In this document: positions 18,061 through 27,116 of the stretch, piece by piece
Position numbering within the stretch: position 1 is the stretch's first letter
Layout: every line of letters starts with the position of its first letter
NCBI GenBank assembly: GCA_041644975.1
Contig: JBAZQX010000004.1
Location: 9,189-73,188, forward strand
From: Candidatus Doudnabacteria bacterium
Lineage (GTDB): Bacteria; Patescibacteriota; JAQUNI01
Direction: 5' to 3'
DNA length: 64,000 nt
The notes under the pieces: model-generated
The model's input: the letters and a program-made list of their open reading frames with translations, nothing else
What the model was told of the DNA's origin: nothing
Databases searched by the model: none
Translations under genes and position numbers: made by a program

Positions 18061-20295
18061 ATGCAAGAATTACAAACCATTACAATTAAAGAGTATCTGG
18101 CACGCAAAGGCGTTGCCTTTCGTGAGAGCGGCAAAGAGCTTATCACCCACTGCCTTTTTAACGGCTGTGATGAGAATAGCAAAACTAACGAAGCTCATCT
18201 TTATTTTGACGCAGAAACAGGGCAATTCAACTGCAAAAAGTGCGGCGAAAAAGGCAACCTCATAACCCTTGCTAAACATCTTGGCGATAGAATAAATGAT
18301 ATTGCCCTTAATCCAATAGCTCCCATTAAAAATTCACAAAAATCCACGAAATTTGACGCAGAGCTGGTTGAAACCTGTCATCAAGCACTTTCAGTCAATA
18401 TCCGCCAGTATTTGAACGCACGGGGCATCACAGACCCCATTATAGACACATACAAGCTTGGTTGGGGCAAATTCTACGGCAAATGGTGGATTACTATTCC
18501 TATTCAGGATATTGATGGAAATTTTGTTTTTCTCAAATTACGGCAAGACCCAGAAGATACAAATAATCCAGATAAATATAAATTTTATCCTGCTGGGAGT
18601 AGCGCAACTATCTATGGATGGAAAATGCTGAAAAATAACAAAGGCACCATTGTAATCTGCGAAGGTGAGTTTGACCAATTAGTGTTGTTACAAAATGCTA
18701 TTCCCGCTATCACTTCCACGGCTGGCGTTGGAACTTTCAAAAAAGAGTGGATTGAATACTTGAAAAAATTGGAAAAAATTTATATTTGCTTTGATAAAGA
18801 TGAAGCTGGTGAGAAAGGAGCAGAGCGGCTCATTAAACTTTTATCTGAACATTTATCTGATACTGCTATTTACAAAATTACGCTCCCAGAACGAATGGTT
18901 GACGGCAAAGATATAACCGATTATTTCCTAAGATACAACGGCAATGTGGATGAATTGATTTACAAATTAGCAAAAGAATATCCAGAGCGAATTGATACCT
19001 CGCAGTTCAAGCCGCTATCCTCGCAGGATTTGGTTGAAATACTTGGATTGACGATAAAGCAGGATGATGAAAATAAAATCGTAACCTTCCTTTGCGAGTT
19101 ATCGGCATATACGGAAAACGCTCAATTCAACATCAGCTTTAACGCACCATCATCTACGGGTAAAAGCTATATCCCCACCGAGATTGCTCGGTTATTCCCA
19201 GAAGAAGATGTAATGGAGCTTGCCTATTGCAGTCCTACGGCATTTTTTCACGATGTCGGCGAATGGAACAAAGATATGAAAGGATATGTCGTGGATTTGT
19301 CTCGCAAAATTTTGATTTTTCTTGACCAACCACATACTTTACTTCTTCAACATCTCCGTCCGTTGCTCTCGCACGATAAAAAGGAGATTTCGGTGAAAAT
19401 TACTGATAAGACGCAGAAGTTTGGATTGAAGACCAAAAATATCCTACTCAAAGGATACCCCGCAGTGATTTTCTGCACGGCAGGATTGTTGATTAACGAG
19501 CAGGAAGCAACACGATTTCTCCTGTTAAGCCCAGAGATTAACCAAGAGAAAATCAGGCAAGGGATTTTGGAGAGCATTAAAAAAGAAGCAGACGCCGAGA
19601 GCTATAAGGGCTGGCTGGATGAAAACCCCGAACGAAAGCTACTTAAAGAGCGGATACGGGCAATAAAACTGGAAGGTATCCGTGAAATAAAAATTGCAAG
19701 TTATCAAAAGGTTGTTGATAGATTTTTGAGCGAAAATAAGGTGCTCAAGCCCCGACACCAGCGAGACATTAAACGCCTTGTCTCAATTATAAAATCCTTT
19801 GCCTTAATCAATCTCTGGTGGCGGGAAAAAAACGGCACAACCATTACCGCCAATGAGGATGACATTGAACAGGCATTTAAGATTTGGGACGCTATCTGCA
19901 TAAGCCAAGAGCTTAGTCTGCCACCGTATATCTACAATCTCTACCAAGAAGTTATCTTGAAGGCGTGGAATGACAAAAATAGCAACAGAAGCGAGGCAAC
20001 GGGACTGCTCGGCTTATCACGGCAGGAACTACTGCAAAAGCACTTTGAGGTCTATGGGCGGATGTTGGACACAAACCAGCTACGCCAGCAGATTTTGCCA
20101 ATGCTGGAGATGGCGGGGCTTATCGTGCAAGAGGCAGACCAAAACGACAAACGAAAAATGTTGATTTCCCCTACCGCACTAACCACTAAATCTCCGAACC
20201 AAAACAATAGTGAGAACGGGGGTGGGGTGAGCACCAACGAGGAAAACAATAGTGAAACGCAGGGTGGGGTAACTCCAAACTTAGGAATTTTCTGA
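18061..20295 (+). CDS. DNA primase-helicase replication protein (Zn finger, TOPRIM, P-loop ATPase)
   Basis: C..H..CKKC zinc finger; ICEGEFD, CFDKDEAG, KDITDY TOPRIM motifs; APSSTGKS Walker A. Confidence 0.88.
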   Translation: MQELQTITIKEYLARKGVAFRESGKELITHCLFNGCDENSKTNEAHLYFDAETGQFNCKKCGEKGNLITLAKHLGDRINDIALNPIAPIKNSQKSTKFDAELVETCHQALSVNIRQYLNARGITDPIIDTYKLGWGKFYGKWWITIPIQDIDGNFVFLKLRQDPEDTNNPDKYKFYPAGSSATIYGWKMLKNNKGTIVICEGEFDQLVLLQNAIPAITSTAGVGTFKKEWIEYLKKLEKIYICFDKDEAGEKGAERLIKLLSEHLSDTAIYKITLPERMVDGKDITDYFLRYNGNVDELIYKLAKEYPERIDTSQFKPLSSQDLVEILGLTIKQDDENKIVTFLCELSAYTENAQFNISFNAPSSTGKSYIPTEIARLFPEEDVMELAYCSPTAFFHDVGEWNKDMKGYVVDLSRKILIFLDQPHTLLLQHLRPLLSHDKKEISVKITDKTQKFGLKTKNILLKGYPAVIFCTAGLLINEQEATRFLLLSPEINQEKIRQGILESIKKEADAESYKGWLDENPERKLLKERIRAIKLEGIREIKIASYQKVVDRFLSENKVLKPRHQRDIKRLVSIIKSFALINLWWREKNGTTITANEDDIEQAFKIWDAICISQELSLPPYIYNLYQEVILKAWNDKNSNRSEATGLLGLSRQELLQKHFEVYGRMLDTNQLRQQILPMLEMAGLIVQEADQNDKRKMLISPTALTTKSPNQNNSENGGGVSTNEENNSETQGGVTPNLGIF
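20207..20270 (+). repeat. Two direct copies of ATAGTGA-N6-GGGTGGGGT (20207-20228, 20249-20270), iteron-like
   Basis: 42-nt period; reverse-complement copies at 8293, 9568, 9611, 9840 and degenerate ones at 1451 and 13333. Confidence 0.75.
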
Positions 20296-20336
20296 CACTA
20301 TAAAAAAGGGCGAAAAACATATAACACTTCTAACAT

Positions 20337-20801
20337 ATGACAAAAGTATCACAAAAACAATTAGAGGCAAACCAAAAAAACGCCAAGCTCGGCGGAGTAA
20401 AGACCGATGAGGGCAAGGCGGTAAGTAAGCTAAATGCTTTAAAACACGGACTATTAAGTAAAGAGGTATTACTTAATGAAGAAGACGAAAAATCCCTTAT
20501 TGAACTCGGAAAAAGATTGCGGACAGAGTTAAAACCAGATACGGAACTTGAGCTATTGTTAGTTGATAGGATTGTAGCGAATTTTTGGAGATTGCGAAGA
20601 GCAATGATAATAGAACAACACGATGTTATCTCTGACACTGGAGGGTTAATGTATGATTGTGATAAATTTTTCCGCTATGAGACACTGCTTGAAAGAGGAA
20701 TTTATAAAGCCCTTCACGAATTGCAACGGATACAATCTGCTCGTGCTGGAGAGAAACCGCCCGCCCCATTGGCAGTGGATATTGATGTTTCTACTGATTA
20801 A
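20337..20801 (+). CDS. Hypothetical element protein (KTDEGKAVSKLNALKHGL family)
   Basis: Motif common in mobile-element ORFs. Confidence 0.7.
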   Translation: MTKVSQKQLEANQKNAKLGGVKTDEGKAVSKLNALKHGLLSKEVLLNEEDEKSLIELGKRLRTELKPDTELELLLVDRIVANFWRLRRAMIIEQHDVISDTGGLMYDCDKFFRYETLLERGIYKALHELQRIQSARAGEKPPAPLAVDIDVSTD

Positions 20802-20950
20802 TAAAATGGGTTTGTTTCGCAAAAATGGTGGCTTTTGGTGGCTTTTTTTGTAAGGTTAATTGGAACAACAATTTATTCTTTATTCAAGCGGAAAAATTGA
20901 TTTTAATTTCAAAAAATAAACCTATCAATCTCTAATGATTTCGGCGGATT

Positions 20951-21553
20951 TTGAGAAAAAATATTATGGCAAAGCAAGAAGCAGAATGGAGTAAAAGATT
21001 AAGTATTTTCTGGCTAAAGAAGCACGGCTATCTTGATGGCGGCTGGCAGTATGGGAGTATTAAGTGGACTTATGGGATGAGCGGCAATGAAAGCAGTATC
21101 GGCTTCAATGTTATGATTAACGGGGATGAGGGCGACAATATCAGATTACAATACACATACACGAGCCGAGGAACTGATGAAAAAGAAAGTATGGATTACA
21201 GGGTTGAACTTACTACAACTCCTTGTAACTATGGCGGCAAACGATACTGGTTTATCTGCCCACTAACCAAGGATGGAAAGTATTGTGGACGGCGGGTAGG
21301 GGTGCTTTTCAGTATTGGCAAGTGGTTCGGTTGCCGACACTGTGGAAATATTGCATACCAATCACAGTTTGAGGGCGGTAATATTCGCACAGGTTCAGTT
21401 TTTGAACCAGATGTTGAAAAAGCATACAACGAAGTGAAATTGCAATACTACAACGGCAAACCAACAAGAAAATATAAACGCTACCTACGATTAAGACAAA
21501 AGATGGATAATTCGTGGGCAAAAGCGGCTTTAAAATTTGGCATTAAGTTTTAA
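20951..21553 (+). CDS. Zn-ribbon hypothetical protein
   Basis: CNYGGKRYWFICP..CGRRV..CRHC..YQSQ; true start probably MAKQ. Confidence 0.75.
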   Translation: MRKNIMAKQEAEWSKRLSIFWLKKHGYLDGGWQYGSIKWTYGMSGNESSIGFNVMINGDEGDNIRLQYTYTSRGTDEKESMDYRVELTTTPCNYGGKRYWFICPLTKDGKYCGRRVGVLFSIGKWFGCRHCGNIAYQSQFEGGNIRTGSVFEPDVEKAYNEVKLQYYNGKPTRKYKRYLRLRQKMDNSWAKAALKFGIKF

Positions 21554-21556
21554 GTA

Positions 21557-21693
21557 TGGTATTATAGATGTGTTGACCCGCCGCAAAAGCAATTCACAAG
21601 GATTTTTATTTGTAATGCTGTCCCTAAAGGGGCGGTCTGCCAGCATTACTACTCCTTGTGAGCAAGTGGTTGGGTCAACCAGACCGTCCTTTT
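21557..21693 (+). promoter_or_regulatory. Extended -10 (TGGTATTAT) plus pseudoknotted 5' leader of the recombinase
   Basis: Three stacked helices and 14-bp loop-to-3' complementarity ending 11 nt before the ATG. Confidence 0.6.
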
Positions 21694-21704
21694 AAGTAAT
21701 AAAT

Positions 21705-23402
21705 ATGACAAAAATTACACAAATTACACAAAAAAACATAAAAAATAAATATTTTCTTTATGCCCGCAAGTCATCAGAAAGCGAAGATAGACAGGTGCAG
21801 TCCATTGATGACCAAGTAAATCGGCTTAAACAACTTGCCAAAGATTTAAGTTTGGATATTAAAAAAATCTATACCGAATCAAAAACAGCCAAGAAGCCAA
21901 ACAACCGCCCCCTATTTGATGAAATGATACAGAGAATTGAAAATGGCGAAGCGGATGGAATTTTATGCTGGCACTTAAACAGATTGACACGCAACCCAAT
22001 TGATAGCGGTAAATTAAGTTGGCTTTTGCAACAAGGAGTAATCAAATCCATTCAAACCATAGAACGACAATATCTACCCGATGACAATGTTCTACTATTT
22101 AATGTTGAGACTGGTCAGGCTAATCAGTATCTTTTGGATTTAAGCCGTGATACTAAACGGGGACTTCTCAAAAAACTGAATACGGGCTGGCAAAATGGCA
22201 TCGCCCCATTGGGTTATCTGAATGACAAAGAAAACAAAACTATTATCAAAGACCCAGAGCGTTTTAATCTCGTCCGCAAAATGTGGGATTTAATGCTCAC
22301 GGGCAATTATACGCCGCCAAAGATTTTAGATATTGCTAATAAGGAGTGGGGTTTTAGAACACGAAAATTCAAAAGGATTGGCGGCTGTCCTCTGTCCAGA
22401 AGCGGGATTTATAAAATTTTTACAAGTTTGTTCTATGCGGGGGTTATTGAAAATAAAGGGGTGCAATATGAGGGGAAACACGAGCCGATAATTACCCTTG
22501 AAGAATACGACCGAGTGCAAATGTTGCTTGGGAGAAAAGGCAAGCCAAGACCCAAAAAGCACAAATTTGCCTTTACTGGATTTATTCGGTGCGGGGAGTG
22601 CGGCTGTCTTTATACTGCTGAAACAAAACAAAAACTAATCAAAAGCACTGGCGAAATCAAAAAATATACTTATTATCATTGCACCAGAAAAAAAAGAGAT
22701 ATTAACTGCACCCAAAGGAAATTTATTAGAGAAAACAAATTAGAACTCCAAATTGAAAAAGAATTAGAAAAATACACTATTCTCCCAGAATTTTTACATT
22801 GGGCTTTAGAGGGTCTGAATAAAAAAAATGACACCGAAATTGAAGACCGAACAAAAATTTATGAAATGCAACATAAAACTTTAACTGAAACTCAAAAAGG
22901 ATTGGACGAGCTTACTAAAATGAGATACCGCCAGTTAATTGATGATGAAACTTTTGTCAAAGAGCGTAATGAATTACAAACCAAAATCACCCAGCTTAAA
23001 GAAAAATTAAGAGAAACCGAAAGCCGAGCCGAGCGATGGCTGGAGCTAACAGAGAAGACTTTTAATTTTGCAACATATGCTAGAAAAGCATTTTTGATAG
23101 GAGGGTTAGAACTAAAGAAAGAAATACTGATGACATTAGGGAAAAATGCGATAATAAAGGACAAAAAGCTCTATATTGAGCCGAATGAATGGCTACAACC
23201 AATCAAAAATGGCTATCCTGCCTTAGAAAAAGAATATCTAAGGTTAGAACCAGCCAAAATGCGCTTAAATAAAACAAAAACAGAGGCTTTAACCTCTGTT
23301 CGTGCACGGTGGCTGGGGAGGCAGGATTCGAACCTGCGAATGGCGGCTTCAAAGGCCGCTGCCTTACCACTTGGCTACTCCCCAAAATGGAATCAGGAAT
23401 AA
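21705..23402 (+). CDS. Large serine recombinase (integrase)
   Basis: YARKSS catalytic motif, NRLTRN, APLGY recombinase domain, CGECG/YYHC zinc ribbon, coiled coil; last 30 codons overlap tRNA-Gln antisense and its upstream flank. Confidence 0.95.
   Translation: MTKITQITQKNIKNKYFLYARKSSESEDRQVQSIDDQVNRLKQLAKDLSLDIKKIYTESKTAKKPNNRPLFDEMIQRIENGEADGILCWHLNRLTRNPIDSGKLSWLLQQGVIKSIQTIERQYLPDDNVLLFNVETGQANQYLLDLSRDTKRGLLKKLNTGWQNGIAPLGYLNDKENKTIIKDPERFNLVRKMWDLMLTGNYTPPKILDIANKEWGFRTRKFKRIGGCPLSRSGIYKIFTSLFYAGVIENKGVQYEGKHEPIITLEEYDRVQMLLGRKGKPRPKKHKFAFTGFIRCGECGCLYTAETKQKLIKSTGEIKKYTYYHCTRKKRDINCTQRKFIRENKLELQIEKELEKYTILPEFLHWALEGLNKKNDTEIEDRTKIYEMQHKTLTETQKGLDELTKMRYRQLIDDETFVKERNELQTKITQLKEKLRETESRAERWLELTEKTFNFATYARKAFLIGGLELKKEILMTLGKNAIIKDKKLYIEPNEWLQPIKNGYPALEKEYLRLEPAKMRLNKTKTEALTSVRARWLGRQDSNLRMAASKAAALPLGYSPKWNQE
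23271..23300 (-). terminator. Terminator-like hairpin downstream of tRNA-Gln, inside the integrase CDS
   Basis: Minus strand AACAGAGG-TTAAAG-CCTCTGTT followed by TTTGTTTT. Confidence 0.6.
23310..23384 (-). tRNA. tRNA-Gln(TTG) with encoded CCA
   Basis: TGGGGAG/CTCCCCA acceptor stem, GCGGC-CTTTGAA-GCCGC anticodon arm, GCAGG-TTCGAAT-CCTGC T arm, 75 nt. Confidence 0.97.
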
Positions 23403-23471
23403 GGAATTATGAATTAGGAAGATAAAATGAAATTCATTATTCATGATTCACAATTCCTGATTCATAATTCC

Positions 23472-25109
23472 CTATTTCACAATCTCCCCTCCCAAAACCT
23501 CCAACGCTTCTCTAGTTAAATTATTATTCTGCCGCAATTCCACCTTTTCGCATTGAATCTGCCATTTGCCACCTAAGATTTGGTCTAAAACCCCTTCCAC
23601 TATTTTTTTATTGCGGGCTTGAGAAACCATATCTTTATGGAAATCCCGCGGGAAACCCAAAACCAAGGAGCCATCGCGAAAAGCGACTGGCTGGCAGAGT
23701 TTCAAGAAAGCGCATAGAGAATAATTTAAAGGTTCCACCGCCTTTAATACCTCGCTCCATTTACCTACTGCCTGTTCTAAATTCATTGTCGGCTTTTGAT
23801 ATTCGGGCAACCCCGTTAGATGTCTACTATCTAACGGGGCAAAGGAAGGCATTGATGGCTCTTCTTCTTTTTCTCCCAGTTTCGGGCTTTGCGTTTTCTC
23901 CTCGGTCTGCCCGCCTAAATTTGCCCGCCTAAATTTGCTTTCAAATTTTGGCGGGTTTGCTGACAAACTTGGGTGGGTCTGCCGCGCTTCCGCTACTTTG
24001 CCCATTGCTTCACTATATTCTATAATGGCTAACTCCAAAGACAATTGAGGAATTAAAGCCGCGTCCAAACTATTCTTCGCAGCCATAAAAAGCCTTACTA
24101 AATAGGCTAAACTTTTCAGAGAGAAATTTTGGGCGCGAGCGACTAATTCTTCTTTTTGGGCAGCAGAAAAAGAAAGCCCGGCGTGATCCAATAAAGCGGG
24201 CTGAACCTTAGCCAACATCATTCTGCGGAGATAATCAACGAGCTCGTCTGTAAAATTAAATAGGTCTTGACCATTGGCGACGATCTCGTTCACTTTGCGA
24301 ATAGCTTGCGCGCTGTCGCAAGAAGCCAGCATATTCACGAAATCGGATATTAAAGACCAATCGACCGTGCCTGAAAAATCAGCCACTTTACTCAACTTGA
24401 GCTCTTTTTTGGGCCAAGAAAGAATCTGACCTAAAATACCTTCGGCATCCCGCTCCCCGCCGTCCGCTTTGATGGCGATCAATCTCAAAATCTCGGGGTT
24501 TAAAGCGCGCTTCTCCTCCCTTAAAATCCGCGCTAAGCGGTGTTCAATTTCAGCGACTGTTAATTTTTTAAAGTCAAATCTCTGACAGCGTGAAAGAATC
24601 GTCTCTGGCACTTCGTGCACCTCTGTCGTCGCTAAAATGAAAAGAGTACGCGGAGGCGGCTCTTCCAAGGTTTTTAAAAGAGCGTTAAAGGCTTCCCGTG
24701 TCAACATATGCGCTTCATCAATAATAAAAACTTTAAAACTGTCTCTTTGGGGCGCGAAACGCACATTCTCACGGAGAGCGCGAATCTCATTGATGCCGCG
24801 GTTGGAGGCGGCGTCAATCTCAATTAAATCCAATGACCTGCCAACCGTAATCTCCTGACAACTCACACAACGGTTGCAGGGTTCCACTTTCCCGAGCCTG
24901 CGCTCGCGCACGCTTTTTTTGTTCTGGCAATTAATCGCTTTAGCGAGAATGCGCGCCACGGTGGTCTTGCCAATGCCGCGGGGACCCGCGAAAATATAAG
25001 CATGGGCAATTTTGCCCAAGCTTAATTCATTCTTTAAAGTTTGGATAATGGCAGTCTGTCCCTCCACTTCAGAAAATTTTTGCGGTCTGTATTTACGATA
25101 TAAAGTCAT
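23472..25109 (-). CDS. dnaX: DNA polymerase III subunit gamma/tau
   Basis: LYRKYRPQ, GPRGIGKTT, EIDAAS, IIDEAH, SRCQ. Confidence 0.97.
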   Translation of the reverse strand: MTLYRKYRPQKFSEVEGQTAIIQTLKNELSLGKIAHAYIFAGPRGIGKTTVARILAKAINCQNKKSVRERRLGKVEPCNRCVSCQEITVGRSLDLIEIDAASNRGINEIRALRENVRFAPQRDSFKVFIIDEAHMLTREAFNALLKTLEEPPPRTLFILATTEVHEVPETILSRCQRFDFKKLTVAEIEHRLARILREEKRALNPEILRLIAIKADGGERDAEGILGQILSWPKKELKLSKVADFSGTVDWSLISDFVNMLASCDSAQAIRKVNEIVANGQDLFNFTDELVDYLRRMMLAKVQPALLDHAGLSFSAAQKEELVARAQNFSLKSLAYLVRLFMAAKNSLDAALIPQLSLELAIIEYSEAMGKVAEARQTHPSLSANPPKFESKFRRANLGGQTEEKTQSPKLGEKEEEPSMPSFAPLDSRHLTGLPEYQKPTMNLEQAVGKWSEVLKAVEPLNYSLCAFLKLCQPVAFRDGSLVLGFPRDFHKDMVSQARNKKIVEGVLDQILGGKWQIQCEKVELRQNNNLTREALEVLGGEIVK

Positions 25110-25467
25110 AAATTGGGAATGGGGAATTATGAATTATGAATCAAGAATAAGATTGTAAAAAAAATTCTTTTTCTGTTCACTCATCACTTATGAATTGCGC
25201 TAGTTATTCTCTTAAAATAACGCCTTGGGAATTAACCATTCAAAATTATTCTAATTAACCTAATTGTTCTAATTATTCTAAATAAATCCCAATACCCAAT
25301 GACCAATGCCTAAAATTAATTTTGGTTATTCATGATTTGGTCATTGGTCATTTCTTAGGTTAATTAGATCAATTAGAACAATTAGAATAATTCTTAGAAG
25401 TGAAAGGCACGGTGAATACCATAGCCTCAAATTCCCCTAAAATCAAGATGTTTAATTAGCATAATCC

Positions 25468-25947
25468 CTATTTACTTATATTTTTACTTGCTTCTTTTTT
25501 ATTAAACACAAAAAATTTATAGCCCACAAAATTCCAGATTAAAGAAACCGCGGTAGCCACAACCTTGACCGCGTTCGCCCATAATCCGACCGAGAGCCCG
25601 AAATGCGCGCTTACCATGGTAGTGCCCAAATAAACAATCGAACTGTTAATCCCCATTCCTATAATCGTCACAAAAATAAACTGGGCATATTGGAAAACCG
25701 CCCGCTCCTCCCCTTTATATTTGAAAGCCCACAGGCGATTCCAGAAGAAACTGTTCGTGGAAGCAATCGCGAAAGAGATCGCATTAAAAACGAAAACTGG
25801 CCAACCGCGGTAAATACTAAAAATCCACATCTCTAAATTTAAAATCCCGAAGTCAATCCCCGTGTTTATAAAACCGACAACCACAAAACGCAAGAATTGA
25901 CCAATGATGGGATACTTTTGCAAAAGATTTTTGTTTTCTGGACCCAT
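25468..25947 (-). CDS. GtrA family flippase-like protein
   Basis: QFLRFVVVGFINTGID..NSFFWNRLWAF..WNFVGYKFFVF. Confidence 0.9.
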   Translation of the reverse strand: MGPENKNLLQKYPIIGQFLRFVVVGFINTGIDFGILNLEMWIFSIYRGWPVFVFNAISFAIASTNSFFWNRLWAFKYKGEERAVFQYAQFIFVTIIGMGINSSIVYLGTTMVSAHFGLSVGLWANAVKVVATAVSLIWNFVGYKFFVFNKKEASKNISK

Positions 25948-26143
25948 AATTTTATTTTATCTGATTAAAATTAAACAATTTTATTCTAACAAAAAAAAGA
26001 GAATCTAGCAATTAAGTAAATTCTCGAATTAGCATCCTTCACCGCAATCATACTTAACCACCCTGATGTCAACGCCTTGCTCGCTATTTTTTTTACAACA
26101 GTAAAAAAAACAACGATCAAACTTGGATACGTGATTGTTATTA

Positions 26144-26842
26144 CTATTCCTCATCATCTACCAAACCTTCCAAACCTTCCAGCTCGCTGTCCAAGTCGTC
26201 CACAACCTGATCGGGAACAACTTCTTTCTCCACCTCGGCAGAAGGCACAGCAGTCTCATCTCCCTTTTTCTCTACCATATCTTTCAAACTCGTTTTCTTG
26301 ATAATATTCTCCACCGCGCCCCATTCGGATTCGCCCTGGACGGGAATAACCAATGTTACCTCATCACCCGCTTCACCTTTAAAATAAGTGACGCTCGCTA
26401 ATAAAACTTTGTAGGCTTTATTCTCAACGATTACCTGATACTCCCCTTTATCATCCTGGGAAAGCACGCCTAACACCTTTTTACGTTCCACGGGCCCGAT
26501 TTGTTTATAAATAAAAGAACCGTCCTCGGTAATGGTAAGTTTAAGGGTATCACCCTGAATAATCTTGGATTTAGAGGCGTAATTGGCAGGCACGGGGTAT
26601 TCTGTGTCGTCCGGCGCGACCATACTCTGACCATTAAAAATACCCTGAATAATCCGCGTTTTCCCCGCAGAAGAGGCTAATTCTTGTGCCTTTTCTAAAA
26701 TTTGTTTTTTACTAATTTTCGGCTTGGAGCTTTCCACATCCCCCCCTAAAAATTCAGTCAGAACCTTTTTAGCCTGGGAGAGATTGGACTCCGCTTGCTC
26801 TAATATTTCACGAATTAAAGCGATTTTTTCTAAATCTGCCAT
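26144..26842 (-). CDS. Conserved hypothetical protein (CPR-type)
   Basis: GIFNGQSM..YPVPANYASKSK..FIYKQIGP..VLLASVTYFKG. Confidence 0.75.
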   Translation of the reverse strand: MADLEKIALIREILEQAESNLSQAKKVLTEFLGGDVESSKPKISKKQILEKAQELASSAGKTRIIQGIFNGQSMVAPDDTEYPVPANYASKSKIIQGDTLKLTITEDGSFIYKQIGPVERKKVLGVLSQDDKGEYQVIVENKAYKVLLASVTYFKGEAGDEVTLVIPVQGESEWGAVENIIKKTSLKDMVEKKGDETAVPSAEVEKEVVPDQVVDDLDSELEGLEGLVDDEE

Positions 26843-26970
26843 TTTTTTGCAATTTCTCTTTTATTTTATTTTTGGAGAAATTACTTGTTAATTTTTAGTT
26901 TTTGTTTTTGCGACTTTTTGATAAAAATAATATAGCAAAAAAAGGGGGAAAGGTCAATGATTTGTATTTG

Positions 26971-27070
26971 ACCCCGTTAGAAACATGCCCCGCGGCTAGG
27001 CTAGCGGTTGGGTAGAAATGATAACTCGTGCGGTTGGGTTTCATGCCTCGCACGAGTTTCTAACGGGGTT
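26971..27070. repeat. CCCCGTTAGAAAC..GTTTCTAACGGGG element
   Basis: Terminal inverted repeats. Confidence 0.75.
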
Positions 27071-27116
27071 GACCTTCCAGAAATAAAGTTTTATAATTGA
27101 TTTAACGGCACGAAAC

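Larger units (their letters stand above)
9465..23317. mobile_element. Integrative element (satellite/IME-like) inserted at the tRNA-Gln 3' end
   Basis: Large serine recombinase abutting the tRNA, primase-helicase, excisionase-like HTH, minus-strand cargo; left boundary inferred from the tail remnant. Confidence 0.8.

Noticed and set aside
23472-25109. Programmed frameshift producing a gamma subunit in dnaX
   Set aside because: No slippery site with a stimulatory element at the expected position that I could support.
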